A stretch of 63,392 bases of DNA, filler included, from Acidimicrobiia bacterium (GTDB taxonomy: Bacteria; Actinomycetota; Acidimicrobiia; Spongiisociales; JAENVV01), in assembly GCA_041577335.1 (NCBI GenBank). It is 6 parts of 6 records of this genome, joined end to end, with 100 filler letters (N's around TTAATTAATTAA, not from the genome) between each part and the next. Parts side by side here need not be neighbours in the genome. Positions count along the whole stretch, not along the records: positions 46,073 to 56,114 come from JBFGJH010000087.1; positions 56,215 to 63,392 come from JBFGJH010000096.1; 4 more parts are not named here. One strand, 5' to 3'. Positions 52,303-61,100 of this stretch are shown piece by piece; within the stretch, counting starts at the first letter, position 1; each line of letters starts with the position of its first letter. The translations under genes and the position numbers were made by a program. The notes beneath the pieces were generated by a model. The model did not search any database. It was not told where the DNA came from and was given only the letters and a program-made list of their open reading frames with translations.

Positions 52303-53631
52303 TCAGGGAGCGCCGGCAGCGGCCGACACAGCGGCTGCGACCGCACTGTGGACTGCGGTATCGAGCGGGTTGGGCAACAACTCTTCACCCGCCAGCTCGG
52401 CGAGACATTCCGCGGCAGCCAGCTTCATCGCGAACGAGATCGATGAGGAGCCAGACATCATCGCTCCTTTGAAGAGGCCCGGGTAGGCCAAGACGTTGTT
52501 CACGATGGAGCCGTCCGCGGCTACCGCCGCGCCGGCGGCAAGAGCCTCTCGCCTGTCGATCTCTGGAACGGGGTTGGAGAGCGCAAACACGATCGAGCCG
52601 GCCCGGACATCGGGGGCAGAAAGCAGACCGGCTCTGCCGCTCGTCATGATGAGCACATCCGAGCGTTTCACGACCTCACCAAAGCCTTCTCCACCTCCGA
52701 GAATCTCGAGGCGATCTGCATGATCATGGCCGACCGACGCCATCCGTGCCCCCGCATCGGCGACCGGATCGAAGGCCAGCACCCGCGCGAAGGGAAACCC
52801 CAACGCCAGCGACGCAATCGCCGAGCCGGCAGCTCCCAGACCTACTTGGCCCAGCACGAGCTCATCGAGCGAACGATTCGATTTCCTGGCCGCGGAGAGC
52901 ACGCCTGCCAACACCACGACGGCCGTTCCATGCTGGTCATCGTGCATGACTGGGATGTCGAGCGCTTCCTTGAGCTCGTCCTCGACTCGGTACACACCCG
53001 GAGAGGCAATATCCTCGAGGTGGATACCACCAAAACCCGGAGCAATCGCCTTGACCACTGCGATGATGTCAGCCGGTTCGTGCACGCCAAGCACGATCGG
53101 GACCGCGTTGATGCCTACCAACATCGAGTAGAACAGAGCCTTGCCTTCCATGACCGGGAGGGCCGCCTCTGGGCCGACATCTCCCAGGCCGAGGACACGG
53201 CTTCCGTCCGTCACCACGGCAACGGTGTTGCCTTTCCACGTGAGGTCGTTGGCACGCGAGACATCGTCGGCGATCGCTTGCGAAACACGCGCCACTCCCG
53301 GCGTGTAGACGGCCCGCACGTCACGAATCGTTCGGACCTCGACCGTTGGACGGACTTCGATCTTGCCGCCGTGGTGCACATGGAAGACGCCGTCGTGCTG
53401 AGAGATCACCTCGACGCCGTCGGTCGCAGCGAGAGCGGCGCGAATATCAGAAACCGACTCGGCGGTGGGAGCAATGACCGTCAGTTCGCGAACATTGAAC
53501 TCGTGCGTGGTGAGGACCGTTTCGATCCCTCCGATGTTGGCGCCGAATCGGGCGACATTCTCCAGCGCGCGGCCCAAAGTGCCGGGCACCTGAACCGTGC
53601 GAATACGAAAGACGATGTCGTGTTCCACCAT
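52303..53631 (-). CDS. Malic enzyme with N-terminal ACT domain
   Basis: VYTPGVA, VTDGSRVLGLG, PVMEGK, LEDI, HDDQHGT, GLGAAG and ALSNP. Confidence 0.88.
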   Translation of the reverse strand: MVEHDIVFRIRTVQVPGTLGRALENVARFGANIGGIETVLTTHEFNVRELTVIAPTAESVSDIRAALAATDGVEVISQHDGVFHVHHGGKIEVRPTVEVRTIRDVRAVYTPGVARVSQAIADDVSRANDLTWKGNTVAVVTDGSRVLGLGDVGPEAALPVMEGKALFYSMLVGINAVPIVLGVHEPADIIAVVKAIAPGFGGIHLEDIASPGVYRVEDELKEALDIPVMHDDQHGTAVVVLAGVLSAARKSNRSLDELVLGQVGLGAAGSAIASLALGFPFARVLAFDPVADAGARMASVGHDHADRLEILGGGEGFGEVVKRSDVLIMTSGRAGLLSAPDVRAGSIVFALSNPVPEIDRREALAAGAAVAADGSIVNNVLAYPGLFKGAMMSGSSSISFAMKLAAAECLAELAGEELLPNPLDTAVHSAVAAAVSAAAGAP

Positions 53632-53744
53632 GAGTCCGAAGGATAGGGCTCCAGCGGTGTGGGAGAGTTCACCCAATCTCGACGCCTCTTGAGGTCGGCT
53701 GGTTTCCGGCCTCGAGCAGTCGCCCCTTTCGCCGTCCGCCCATG

Positions 53745-53775
53745 AGAAACGGGCGCCTGAACGGCGCCCGTTTCT
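53745..53775 (-). terminator. Intrinsic terminator of the candidate small transcript
   Basis: AGAAACGGGCGCC-TGAAC-GGCGCCCGTTTCT, 13-bp stem. Confidence 0.75.
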
Positions 53776-53882
53776 GGTACATCAACACTTCTGGTGTGCC
53801 GCATGAGGACCAGCATGCGGGTCGATGAACTCGGTGGTCCGAGATGAAGTCGCCACCAAAGAGCGGCCACTTCGTGGCCTGC

Positions 53883-53927
53883 TCAGCGCTCGGCCACCTC
53901 CAGAGTCCTCAATAAATCAGAATGCAA
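53883..53927 (-). CDS. Putative 14-aa peptide MHSDLLRTLEVAER
   Basis: TTG start 9 nt after the GGAGG core of AGAAAGGAGGTGGTCC; TGA stop. Confidence 0.45.
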   Translation of the reverse strand: MHSDLLRTLEVAER

Positions 53928-54002
53928 GTCGGACCACCTCCTTTCTCTGGTGGCGCCAGTCTGCCACACGATGCCGAGAAACGGAACCAAAAAACGGAAT
54001 CG

Positions 54003-54989
54003 CTACAGATTCACGTTGGACATGATCGAGTCCTTGAGGGTTGCGAAACCTTCGGCGAAGCCCCCCATCGACCATCGCAGGAGAATGATGAAGCCGACGA
54101 AGGCGGCAATCGTGAGGATCCGCCTCGTCTGGTATGTCCTCACCTCGCTCCAGTCGGTCTCCGAGGATCCGACCGGCATGACTGTGGCAGCGCCCTGCGC
54201 CTCGGGATAGGGCGACGCCGCGACTGTCGAGGATGTTCCGCGCCCAATGACCTGAGTTGCCGAGAGAGGTGCGGCAACCTTCGTCTCTTCCAGATCGGGC
54301 ACGACGTCCGTGGAAAGGGCAGTACCGAGAAGGCGGGGCATTGCCGACGCGTCGACCGGCACCGCAACTATGACGTCGGATTCGTCGGTGTCTTCGTCGC
54401 GGTCCACGAATGCGTCGGCTTTGTCGCCCGTATCATCCGTTGCAGCATCTTCCCCAGCCCTTGCTTTTTCCAGTGGCTCCACCTCACGCGGCTCGGCGCT
54501 CGCGCGCTCGTCGGCCCAATCGTTGCCTCGCTCGGAATCGACCGGCATGGCCATGGCAATGCCCTCCGCCATCACGGTCGTCTGATCCACAACCGGCTCG
54601 ACCGGTTCGCTCGCCAAAGCAGACTCGAGAAGATCTGCGCCCTCGATGTCGGAGTCGGGCTCGGCATCCGCCTTGTCCGCCACCCCCGCAACGTTGGAAT
54701 CCACAGCATCCGGCTCCGCGCCCAAAGCAGACTCGAGAAGGTCTGCGCTCGCGTTGCCGGAGTCGGGCTCACCCTCCGCCTCGGCCACGTCCGCAACGTT
54801 GAACTCCAAAGCATCCGGTTCCACGCCCAACGCTGTGGCCAGCGCTTCGCGTATTTCGGGCGGAGGCGCGGTTGCACCTCGCTCCCACGAACGGATGGTG
54901 CTGGCTGACCGGCCCAGCATTTCGGCAAGACGCAGTTGCGTCATACCGAGCTGAGCGCGGCGCTCCTTGATGAGTTCGGCTAATTCCAT
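54003..54989 (-). CDS. XRE-family HTH protein with acidic repeat linker and C-terminal TM helix
   Basis: LIKERRAQLGMTQLRLAEMLGRSASTIRSWERG; two ~36-aa repeats; TM segment ILTIAAFVGFIILL. Confidence 0.75.
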   Translation of the reverse strand: MELAELIKERRAQLGMTQLRLAEMLGRSASTIRSWERGATAPPPEIREALATALGVEPDALEFNVADVAEAEGEPDSGNASADLLESALGAEPDAVDSNVAGVADKADAEPDSDIEGADLLESALASEPVEPVVDQTTVMAEGIAMAMPVDSERGNDWADERASAEPREVEPLEKARAGEDAATDDTGDKADAFVDRDEDTDESDVIVAVPVDASAMPRLLGTALSTDVVPDLEETKVAAPLSATQVIGRGTSSTVAASPYPEAQGAATVMPVGSSETDWSEVRTYQTRRILTIAAFVGFIILLRWSMGGFAEGFATLKDSIMSNVNL

Positions 54990-55173
54990 AGAAGTCCAGT
55001 CAGAGTAACGGCTGAAGGCCGATACTCACGAACCCTTGAGCAACGACTGGACCAACAACAGGAAAGGCGATCCGAGGCCAGACCGAAGTCGGCCGACCAA
55101 CAAGACCGAAGGGCCGCCCGACAGAACTCGCCCCAGGCCCGCCTTGCCCGGCACCGCCACTAGCCTCACGGGC

Positions 55174-55268
55174 GGAGGCGAATGAGCGCCTGGTGGGCTC
55201 CCTGGTCTTCAAAACCAGTGGGGGATCGAAAGGTCCCCGGCGGGTTCGATTCCCGTCCGCCTCCGCCA
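55174..55268 (+). tRNA. selC: tRNA-Sec (anticodon UCA)
   Basis: GGAGGCG/CGCCTCC acceptor stem plus GCCA end, CTGGT-CTTCAAA-ACCAG anticodon arm, long variable arm GGGGATC-GAAA-GGTCCCC, GGTTCGATTCC T loop; 95 nt. Confidence 0.93.
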
Positions 55269-55346
55269 TAATGACACCAGAGATCGACCGGTTGCTGCGT
55301 ACAGAAGCGCGGGCCGACGAGAGAGAGCGCGAGCAGATTCATCCCA

Positions 55347-55631
55347 ATGAGCGACAGCACCTATAACGTTATGCCGGGCTGGCGGGTGGGAGCCACCTTG
55401 GAGGAGTCCACGAGATCTGGGCTACTCGTGCCCGCCGGGACCGACTCCCATCGAGATGCGTTGACACTGGTCGACATCGTCACGGGTCAACACTTCTGGG
55501 CGGTTCCCACTGGTTCGTGGCGCTTCTTGTGGCCGCCGACCGGTCAGGTGGTGGTCGCAGTTCGCGACTCGCAGATCATCGCCGAGCAGGAAACCGACAG
55601 CGACTCCATCGAAGAAGGGCAGTACCTCTGA
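55347..55631 (+). CDS. Hypothetical protein
   Basis: 94-aa ORF with GC-rich third positions; no recognised motif; start uncertain. Confidence 0.45.
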   Translation: MSDSTYNVMPGWRVGATLEESTRSGLLVPAGTDSHRDALTLVDIVTGQHFWAVPTGSWRFLWPPTGQVVVAVRDSQIIAEQETDSDSIEEGQYL

Positions 55632-55707
55632 CCGTCTGCCCATTCCCTATTTCGGCGACGTTTCCCGCCACTCGCCGGTACGGTCCAATCAGTCGAAAGG
55701 ACCTGAG

Positions 55708-56114
55708 TTGACCTCGCAAGGCCGGCAAAGACGACGGCTGACAGCTACGACCACCGACCTCGAGGTAACTCGTCAAAGAGCGCTCCTCGTCTCCGTCGAG
55801 ACCCCCGGGATGACCACGGAGGCGGTTGAGTACTCGCTCGCCGAGCTGGAGAGGTTGACAGACACGGCCGGGTCGGAGCCCGTTCATGTCGAGGCGCTGA
55901 AACGCAACGAGATCCGGCCGGCAACGTTCATCGGGTCTGGTCAGGCCGCCGATCTCGCCGTCCTGAGCCAAGCCCTCGACATCGATGTGGTGGTATTCGA
56001 CAATGACCTCTCCCCGGCCCAGCAGCGCAACCTCCACGACATCTTCCACTGCGACGTCGTAGATCGCGTTGCGGTGATCCTCGACATCTTTGCGCAACAT
56101 CCGGAGTCGCGAGA
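55708..56114 (+). CDS. hflX: GTPase HflX, 5' part (3' truncated at contig end)
   Basis: SLAELERLTDTAG, PATFIGSG, LSPAQQRNL and DRVAVILDIFAQH. Confidence 0.93.
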
Positions 56115-56214
56115 NNNNNNNNNNNNNNNNNNNNNNNNNNNNNNNNNNNNNNNNNNNNTTAATTAATTAANNNNNNNNNNNNNNNNNNNNNNNNNNNNNN
56201 NNNNNNNNNNNNNN
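56115..56214. other. Artificial contig spacer
   Basis: N run with TTAATTAATTAA. Confidence 0.99.
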
Positions 56215-56475
56215 CAGCCGCGGGAATCCATGAAGAGAGGCAGCGGCGTGATGGGACACAACCGCACCCGGCAGGCACAAAACTGCTGCCTGCAACACCG
56301 GCACGAGGCCGGGTAGGTCGATCAGACGCAAAACCCGCTCAGAGACCGGCAGATACTCGCCCCGCTGGATCTTGCGCCACACGGTCTGCCGAGATTCGAA
56401 CTCGTGGAGCTGCTCACGGAGAACATAGCCACCCTGACGGGATGCCAGACGCAAAGGGGTTGAGTTGTTGACCAT
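56215..56475 (-). CDS. N-terminus of an AbiEi-like/DUF559-type protein (3' truncated)
   Basis: LASRQGGYVLREQL and AAVL...AVVSHHAAASLHG patterns typical of actinobacterial AbiEi-N + DUF559 proteins. Confidence 0.7.
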
Positions 56476-56513
56476 TTCGCCATGATGAGCGAACGCTCCG
56501 ACAAAATCGCCGA

Positions 56514-56598
56514 GTCACTGAACCCTGGGTTCAACCTGTAGGCCCACGGTTGCATAATCGCGTCACTGAACCCGGGGTTCTACCCTGGGTTCGCCGAA
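56514..56598. repeat. Cluster of GAACCCnGGGTTC palindromes
   Basis: Copies at 56520-56532, 56568-56580 and 56582-56592 (partial); the first two are preceded by GTCACT. Confidence 0.75.
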
Positions 56599-57537
56599 CT
56601 AGTCGAGTTCGAGGTTGTGGAGCTCGTCGACCTTGGCCTTGACGGCCTCGGCTGCGTCGTGAAGGGCGGCGTGCTCAGCATCGGTCAGATCCAACTCGAC
56701 GACCTCTTCTACACCGTTTGCGCCGAGGCGCACCGGCACGCCGAGATACACATCACGGATCCCGTATTGGCCCTCCACCCACGCACACACGGGCATTTGC
56801 GCCCCGGAATCGGTGACGATCGCCCGCACCATGGCGGCCGCCGCGGACGACGGGGCGTAGTACGCCGAGCCGGTCTTGAGCAGTCCAACGATCTCGGCCC
56901 CACCTTTGCTGGTGCGCTCGACAAGCTCGGCGATCGCCTCGTCGTCGATCACTTCGGTCAACGGCTTGCCGTCCACCCGGCACTGTGACGGCACCGGAAC
57001 CATCGTCTCGCCATGGGAACCGAGCGTCAGCGCCTCGACGCTCTGAATGTCGACGCCGGTCTTTTCCGAGATGAAATGAGCAAACCGCGACGAATCGAGA
57101 ATGCCCGCCTGGCCCATCACCTTGTTGCGCGGCAGTCCACTCACCTCGGCGGCAAGCGTGGTCATGTGGTCGAGCGGATTGGTAACCACGACCAGTGTGG
57201 CCTCGGGTGAGGCGTCGAGCAGCTGCTCGGTCACGGTCTTGACGATCTTGGCGTTGACCTCGAGCAGGTCCATGCGGCTCATGCCCGGCTTGCGGGGAAG
57301 CCCGGCCGTGATCACAACCACCTCGCTACCGGCGGTGTCGGCGTACGAGTTGGTGCCCAGCACCTTGGTCGAATACCGCTCAACCGGCCGCGCCTGATTC
57401 ATGTCGAGTGCCAAGCCCTGTGGCAGCCCTTCGACGATATCGGTCATGACCACTTCGTCCACGATCCCTGCCTCGGCGAGGCGCATGGCGGTGGTGGAAC
57501 CGTACTTCCCGGCTCCCACGACGGTTACTCTGCGCAT
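56599..57537 (-). CDS. mdh: Malate dehydrogenase (LDH-like)
   Basis: VVGAGKYG, TAGLPRKPGMSRMDLL, VTNPLD, LDSSRF, GSHG and KTGSAYYAP. Confidence 0.95.
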   Translation of the reverse strand: MRRVTVVGAGKYGSTTAMRLAEAGIVDEVVMTDIVEGLPQGLALDMNQARPVERYSTKVLGTNSYADTAGSEVVVITAGLPRKPGMSRMDLLEVNAKIVKTVTEQLLDASPEATLVVVTNPLDHMTTLAAEVSGLPRNKVMGQAGILDSSRFAHFISEKTGVDIQSVEALTLGSHGETMVPVPSQCRVDGKPLTEVIDDEAIAELVERTSKGGAEIVGLLKTGSAYYAPSSAAAAMVRAIVTDSGAQMPVCAWVEGQYGIRDVYLGVPVRLGANGVEEVVELDLTDAEHAALHDAAEAVKAKVDELHNLELD

Positions 57538-57595
57538 AGTGCGGCTCCTTCAGTGCGATCTCCGTAGGGTAGCTGTCTACGCTGACCCCCCATCC

Positions 57596-58738
57596 ATGAA
57601 GATCGTCAAAACCCTCCTGCTTGCCTCCATGCTGCTCGCCGCCTGCGGAACCAGCGCTGACACGACCCCTGCCACGCAGCCCCCTGTCGTGGTCGACCGG
57701 ACGTTCGATCTCACCGACCCCGCCGTGCAGTCAGAAGTCGGCTCACCACCATTCGAGCCCGTCGGTTGGCAGCGGTTCGTCGGGCCCTTCACCGCGATCG
57801 GCGATCGCGAGCTGCCCAATCAACCAGAGGTCGACCTGATCGCTGCAGCCGCCGCCGACGTTCCTCCTCAGCTGGCCGAGCCGGTTCGCAACATCGTGCG
57901 TACCGCGGCTGCTCCTCCCTCCCACCTCGACACGTCGCTCAGCGTCGCCGTTGCCCTAGGCCCCGACGTCTACCTGCTCGACCGAGTCTTCACGCTCGAG
58001 GGAGGCACCACCCGCTACGCCGTCTCCTATGCCATCAACCACGAGATCGCCCACGTTCACCAGTGGTTTGCCCTCGACAACGCATATCTCAACGCTGCCG
58101 AGCGCGGCCAAATCGAACAACTGGACCTCGCAGCCGGCTCGAAGCTCGTGTGGGACTTTGCCGAGACGGTCGGGTGGGAGAATCAGAGCACCGACCCTCT
58201 CCGCCCGATGTGGGAGATCGGCCAGGCAATCTCCGCCACTCCCTACGGCGCCACGAATCCGGCCGAGGACATGGCCGAGACCATCGCGCTGACAACCTCG
58301 GGCCGCGGCAACTGGCTCGATGAGCGTCATCGCATGTGGGTTGAGTCGTTCGCCAACGCATCGATCGACGAACTCGGAGCGGGCCAGCCATGGGTGCCGG
58401 CCGGCGGCGTCGAGATCAACTCGGTCGATCCGCTCTACGACGAGGACGCCGTCGCCGAGGCGGTCGGAGACCGCAGCCATGTGGAGCCCACGTATTTCCA
58501 ACTCCCGGCTGGTTCATCTCCCGGCGAAGACCTCGCGGCCGAAGTTGCCGCTCATCTCGCCATCAGAGGCATGGCCGGTTCGATGGAACCGATCGCCGAC
58601 GATCAGGTCCCTCGTTGGGCCGGGCTGTTCGAACGCCCCGACGGGGCGGGATGGTGGGTAGAGGTGTGGGACTTTCCTGCCGGCACGCTCGATGATGGGC
58701 CCGAAGGGCCCATCATCAGCTACGTCATGCTGTGGTGA
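57596..58738 (+). CDS. Lipoprotein with HEXXH zincin-like motif
   Basis: LAAC lipobox, NHEIAH and YGATNPAEDMAE. Confidence 0.7.
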   Translation: MKIVKTLLLASMLLAACGTSADTTPATQPPVVVDRTFDLTDPAVQSEVGSPPFEPVGWQRFVGPFTAIGDRELPNQPEVDLIAAAAADVPPQLAEPVRNIVRTAAAPPSHLDTSLSVAVALGPDVYLLDRVFTLEGGTTRYAVSYAINHEIAHVHQWFALDNAYLNAAERGQIEQLDLAAGSKLVWDFAETVGWENQSTDPLRPMWEIGQAISATPYGATNPAEDMAETIALTTSGRGNWLDERHRMWVESFANASIDELGAGQPWVPAGGVEINSVDPLYDEDAVAEAVGDRSHVEPTYFQLPAGSSPGEDLAAEVAAHLAIRGMAGSMEPIADDQVPRWAGLFERPDGAGWWVEVWDFPAGTLDDGPEGPIISYVMLW

Positions 58739-59570
58739 TTTCGATTTCGAGGCCTATGTCGAGGCTCTGAGCCGAATGTGTGAGCCAACCCAACGAGACC
58801 ACGTCGACACCCGACTCGGCAATCTGGCGCACGTTGGCGAGCGTGATCCCACCAGACGCCTCGGTGACCATCGCTCCGTCGACCATCTCAACGGCTCGGC
58901 GAAGCGTGGCTGGATCCATGTTGTCGAGGAGCACCACGTCGACTGGGTCGGCAAGCAGCTCGGCGAGCTGCTCCAATGTATCCACCTCGACTTCGATCTT
59001 GGTCATATGCCCGACCGCAGCCCGAGCCGCGGCCACGGCCTTGGCTACACCGCCTGACACGGCGATGTGATTGTCCTTGATCATCACGGCATCATCGAGG
59101 CCGAAGCGATGGTTGGCCCCACCGCCCATCCGAACGGCGTACTTCTCGAGAGCTCGCAGGCCGGGAGTCGTCTTGCGGGTCTCAGCTACAGCAACGCCTG
59201 TACCGGCAACTTCCCGCACAACTGAGCGAGTGAGAGTAGCGATGCCGCACATCAGGCCGAGGAAGTTGAGGGCCGTCCGCTCGGCGATGAGAATGGAGGA
59301 AGCCGAGCCAGCGATCGTGGCGAGCGCCGAGCCTGCAGCCATGTCAGTGCCATCCACCGCGAGCCGCTCGACGGTGAGAGAGCTGTCGACAAACCGGAAC
59401 ACCTCGGCAGCCACCTCGAGGCCGGCGAGCCGACCCTCGACACGAGCGTTCAGCGATGCCACGGCCACGGCTCCGTCGGGCACAACGGCGGCGGTCGTGA
59501 TATCGCCGGCGCTGCCGAGATCCTCGCGGATGGCCGTCTCAATCAACGGCCGGTACACGGAAGGGTGCAT
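58725..59570 (-). CDS. nadC: Nicotinate-nucleotide pyrophosphorylase (carboxylating)
   Basis: ERTALN, TRKTTPG, HRFGL, IKDNH, LLDN and EASGG. Confidence 0.96.
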   Translation of the reverse strand: MHPSVYRPLIETAIREDLGSAGDITTAAVVPDGAVAVASLNARVEGRLAGLEVAAEVFRFVDSSLTVERLAVDGTDMAAGSALATIAGSASSILIAERTALNFLGLMCGIATLTRSVVREVAGTGVAVAETRKTTPGLRALEKYAVRMGGGANHRFGLDDAVMIKDNHIAVSGGVAKAVAAARAAVGHMTKIEVEVDTLEQLAELLADPVDVVLLDNMDPATLRRAVEMVDGAMVTEASGGITLANVRQIAESGVDVVSLGWLTHSAQSLDIGLEIEITTA

Positions 59571-61099
59571 CAGCGGACGGCTGCGGCGAGTGGCTCGAGC
59601 TCCGGCAGCAGGGTCCACTCCTGCCGTCGAGCGCGCGTGACGTCGACCTCGGGGTAATCGATCCGATAGTGGGCGCCCCGGCTCTCACGGCGTTCCGACG
59701 CTGCCATGGTGATCTGCGTGGCGACCGTGTGGAGATTACGACCCTCTACCGAGGCGACCAGCTGATCCTCGAGGTCGGCGAGGGCTCGGGCCGCAGCGTC
59801 GAGCGATTCCTGCGACCGCTCGACTCCAACGGAGTCCCACATCACAGCCCGCAACTCACCGATGCCGGGGCCCCTCCGCGCCCAGGAATCCGGTGCTCCT
59901 GATGGGATCTGGAGACCGTGCCCAGAAGGCTCGAGGCCATCCGAGCGAATCGCCTCGGCCACCATGCGGCCAAACACAAGGCCTTCCAGGAGCGAGTTCG
60001 AAGCAAGCCGATTGGCGCCGTGGATACCCGTTGAAGACGCCTCGCCGACCGCATACAAGCCGAGCGCCGACGTGTGACCGCGTGGGCCGGAGGCGATGCC
60101 GCCCATGAAATAGTGGCATGCCGCCGACACCGGCATCGGCGAGCGACGCGGGTCAATCCCGACAGCCATCGCCGACGCGAACACGGTGGGGAAACGCTCG
60201 GGAAAGGTCTCGCCAATGATCGTGGCATCGAGATAAGCGTTGCCCCGATTCCGGTAGTTGGCTCTCGCCACGACGTCCCGTGGCGCCAATTCGGCATCGG
60301 GATGGATATCCACCAGGTAGCGGTCACCGTCTCGGTCGACCAAATGGGCGCCTTCCCCGCGCAGCGCTTCGGTGAGCAACGGCATCGGGTCGAGCCCGGC
60401 ATCGAGCGCCGTTGGGTGAAACTGCACGAACTCCATGTCAGCAACGCGAACGCCCGCCCGCACAGCCATGGCGATTCCGTCACCAGTGACGACCGCCGGG
60501 TTGGTGGTGCGGGCAAAGACCTGACCCGCTCCCCCAGTTGCGATAACCACCGCCGGGGCGATCCACACCTCGGCCTCGCCCGCCGAGGTGACCACCAGAA
60601 CGCCGCGCACGGAGCCGTCGGATCCAACGATGAGGTCGACGACGAGGTGGTCTTCAAACACCTCCACGCTCGGCCGATCATCGATGGCCGCCACCAGCGT
60701 GCGCATCACCTCTGCGCCGGTCGCATCGCCGTTGGCATGCACGATCCGCCGGCGGCTATGCCCGGCCTCGCGCCCGAGCGCCAAAGCGCCTTCATCATCT
60801 CGATCGAACTCGGCCCCGAGCGCGACGAGCCGTTCGATGGCTTCGCGGCCACGTTCGGTGAGCCGTGCCACGGCTTCCTCCACCGCCAGGCCGGCAGACA
60901 CTTTCACGGTGTCTTCGGCGTGCAACGCAGGAGAATCGTCCGCGGCCAGTGCGGAGGCCACCCCACCCTGAGCCCAATCCGACGAGCCGGCACCCAGCCG
61001 GGTCTTGGTGATCACGGCACACGCATCCAAGCCAAGGGCGACTGACAAGCCGGCCACCCCCGAGCCGATCACCAATGGATGGCCGAACGTGGTGACCAT
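59570..61099 (-). CDS. nadB: L-aspartate oxidase
   Basis: IGSGVAG, SDWAQGG, EAGHS, QFHPT, TEALRGEG and HGANRLASNSLLE. Confidence 0.95.
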   Translation of the reverse strand: MVTTFGHPLVIGSGVAGLSVALGLDACAVITKTRLGAGSSDWAQGGVASALAADDSPALHAEDTVKVSAGLAVEEAVARLTERGREAIERLVALGAEFDRDDEGALALGREAGHSRRRIVHANGDATGAEVMRTLVAAIDDRPSVEVFEDHLVVDLIVGSDGSVRGVLVVTSAGEAEVWIAPAVVIATGGAGQVFARTTNPAVVTGDGIAMAVRAGVRVADMEFVQFHPTALDAGLDPMPLLTEALRGEGAHLVDRDGDRYLVDIHPDAELAPRDVVARANYRNRGNAYLDATIIGETFPERFPTVFASAMAVGIDPRRSPMPVSAACHYFMGGIASGPRGHTSALGLYAVGEASSTGIHGANRLASNSLLEGLVFGRMVAEAIRSDGLEPSGHGLQIPSGAPDSWARRGPGIGELRAVMWDSVGVERSQESLDAAARALADLEDQLVASVEGRNLHTVATQITMAASERRESRGAHYRIDYPEVDVTRARRQEWTLLPELEPLAAAVR

Positions 61100-61100
61100 G

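Larger units (their letters stand above)
53745..53951 (-). ncRNA. Candidate ~205-nt small RNA or small-peptide mRNA
   Basis: TGnCAGACT -10-like element (53958-53966), 16-nt anti-16S tract, 14-codon ORF, three hairpins and a terminator. Confidence 0.45.

Noticed and set aside
53481..53927. Selenocysteine readthrough of the TGA ending the 14-aa ORF
   Set aside because: The following hairpin starts only about 3 nt after the TGA. The extended frame would cross a terminator and overlap the malic enzyme gene, and it has no redox motif.
53925..53946. 16S rRNA gene remnant
   Set aside because: Similarity is limited to the terminal ~16 nt; flanking sequence does not resemble 16S helix 45 or an ITS.
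55269..55707. Genomic island integrated at selC
   Set aside because: No integrase and no duplicated tRNA 3' end; the housekeeping gene hflX follows within about 450 nt.
11743..56214. TTAATTAATTAA repeats and gene adjacency across the N runs
   Set aside because: These are artificial linkers between length-sorted contigs, so cross-gap neighbourhoods (for example hflX next to etfB) are meaningless.
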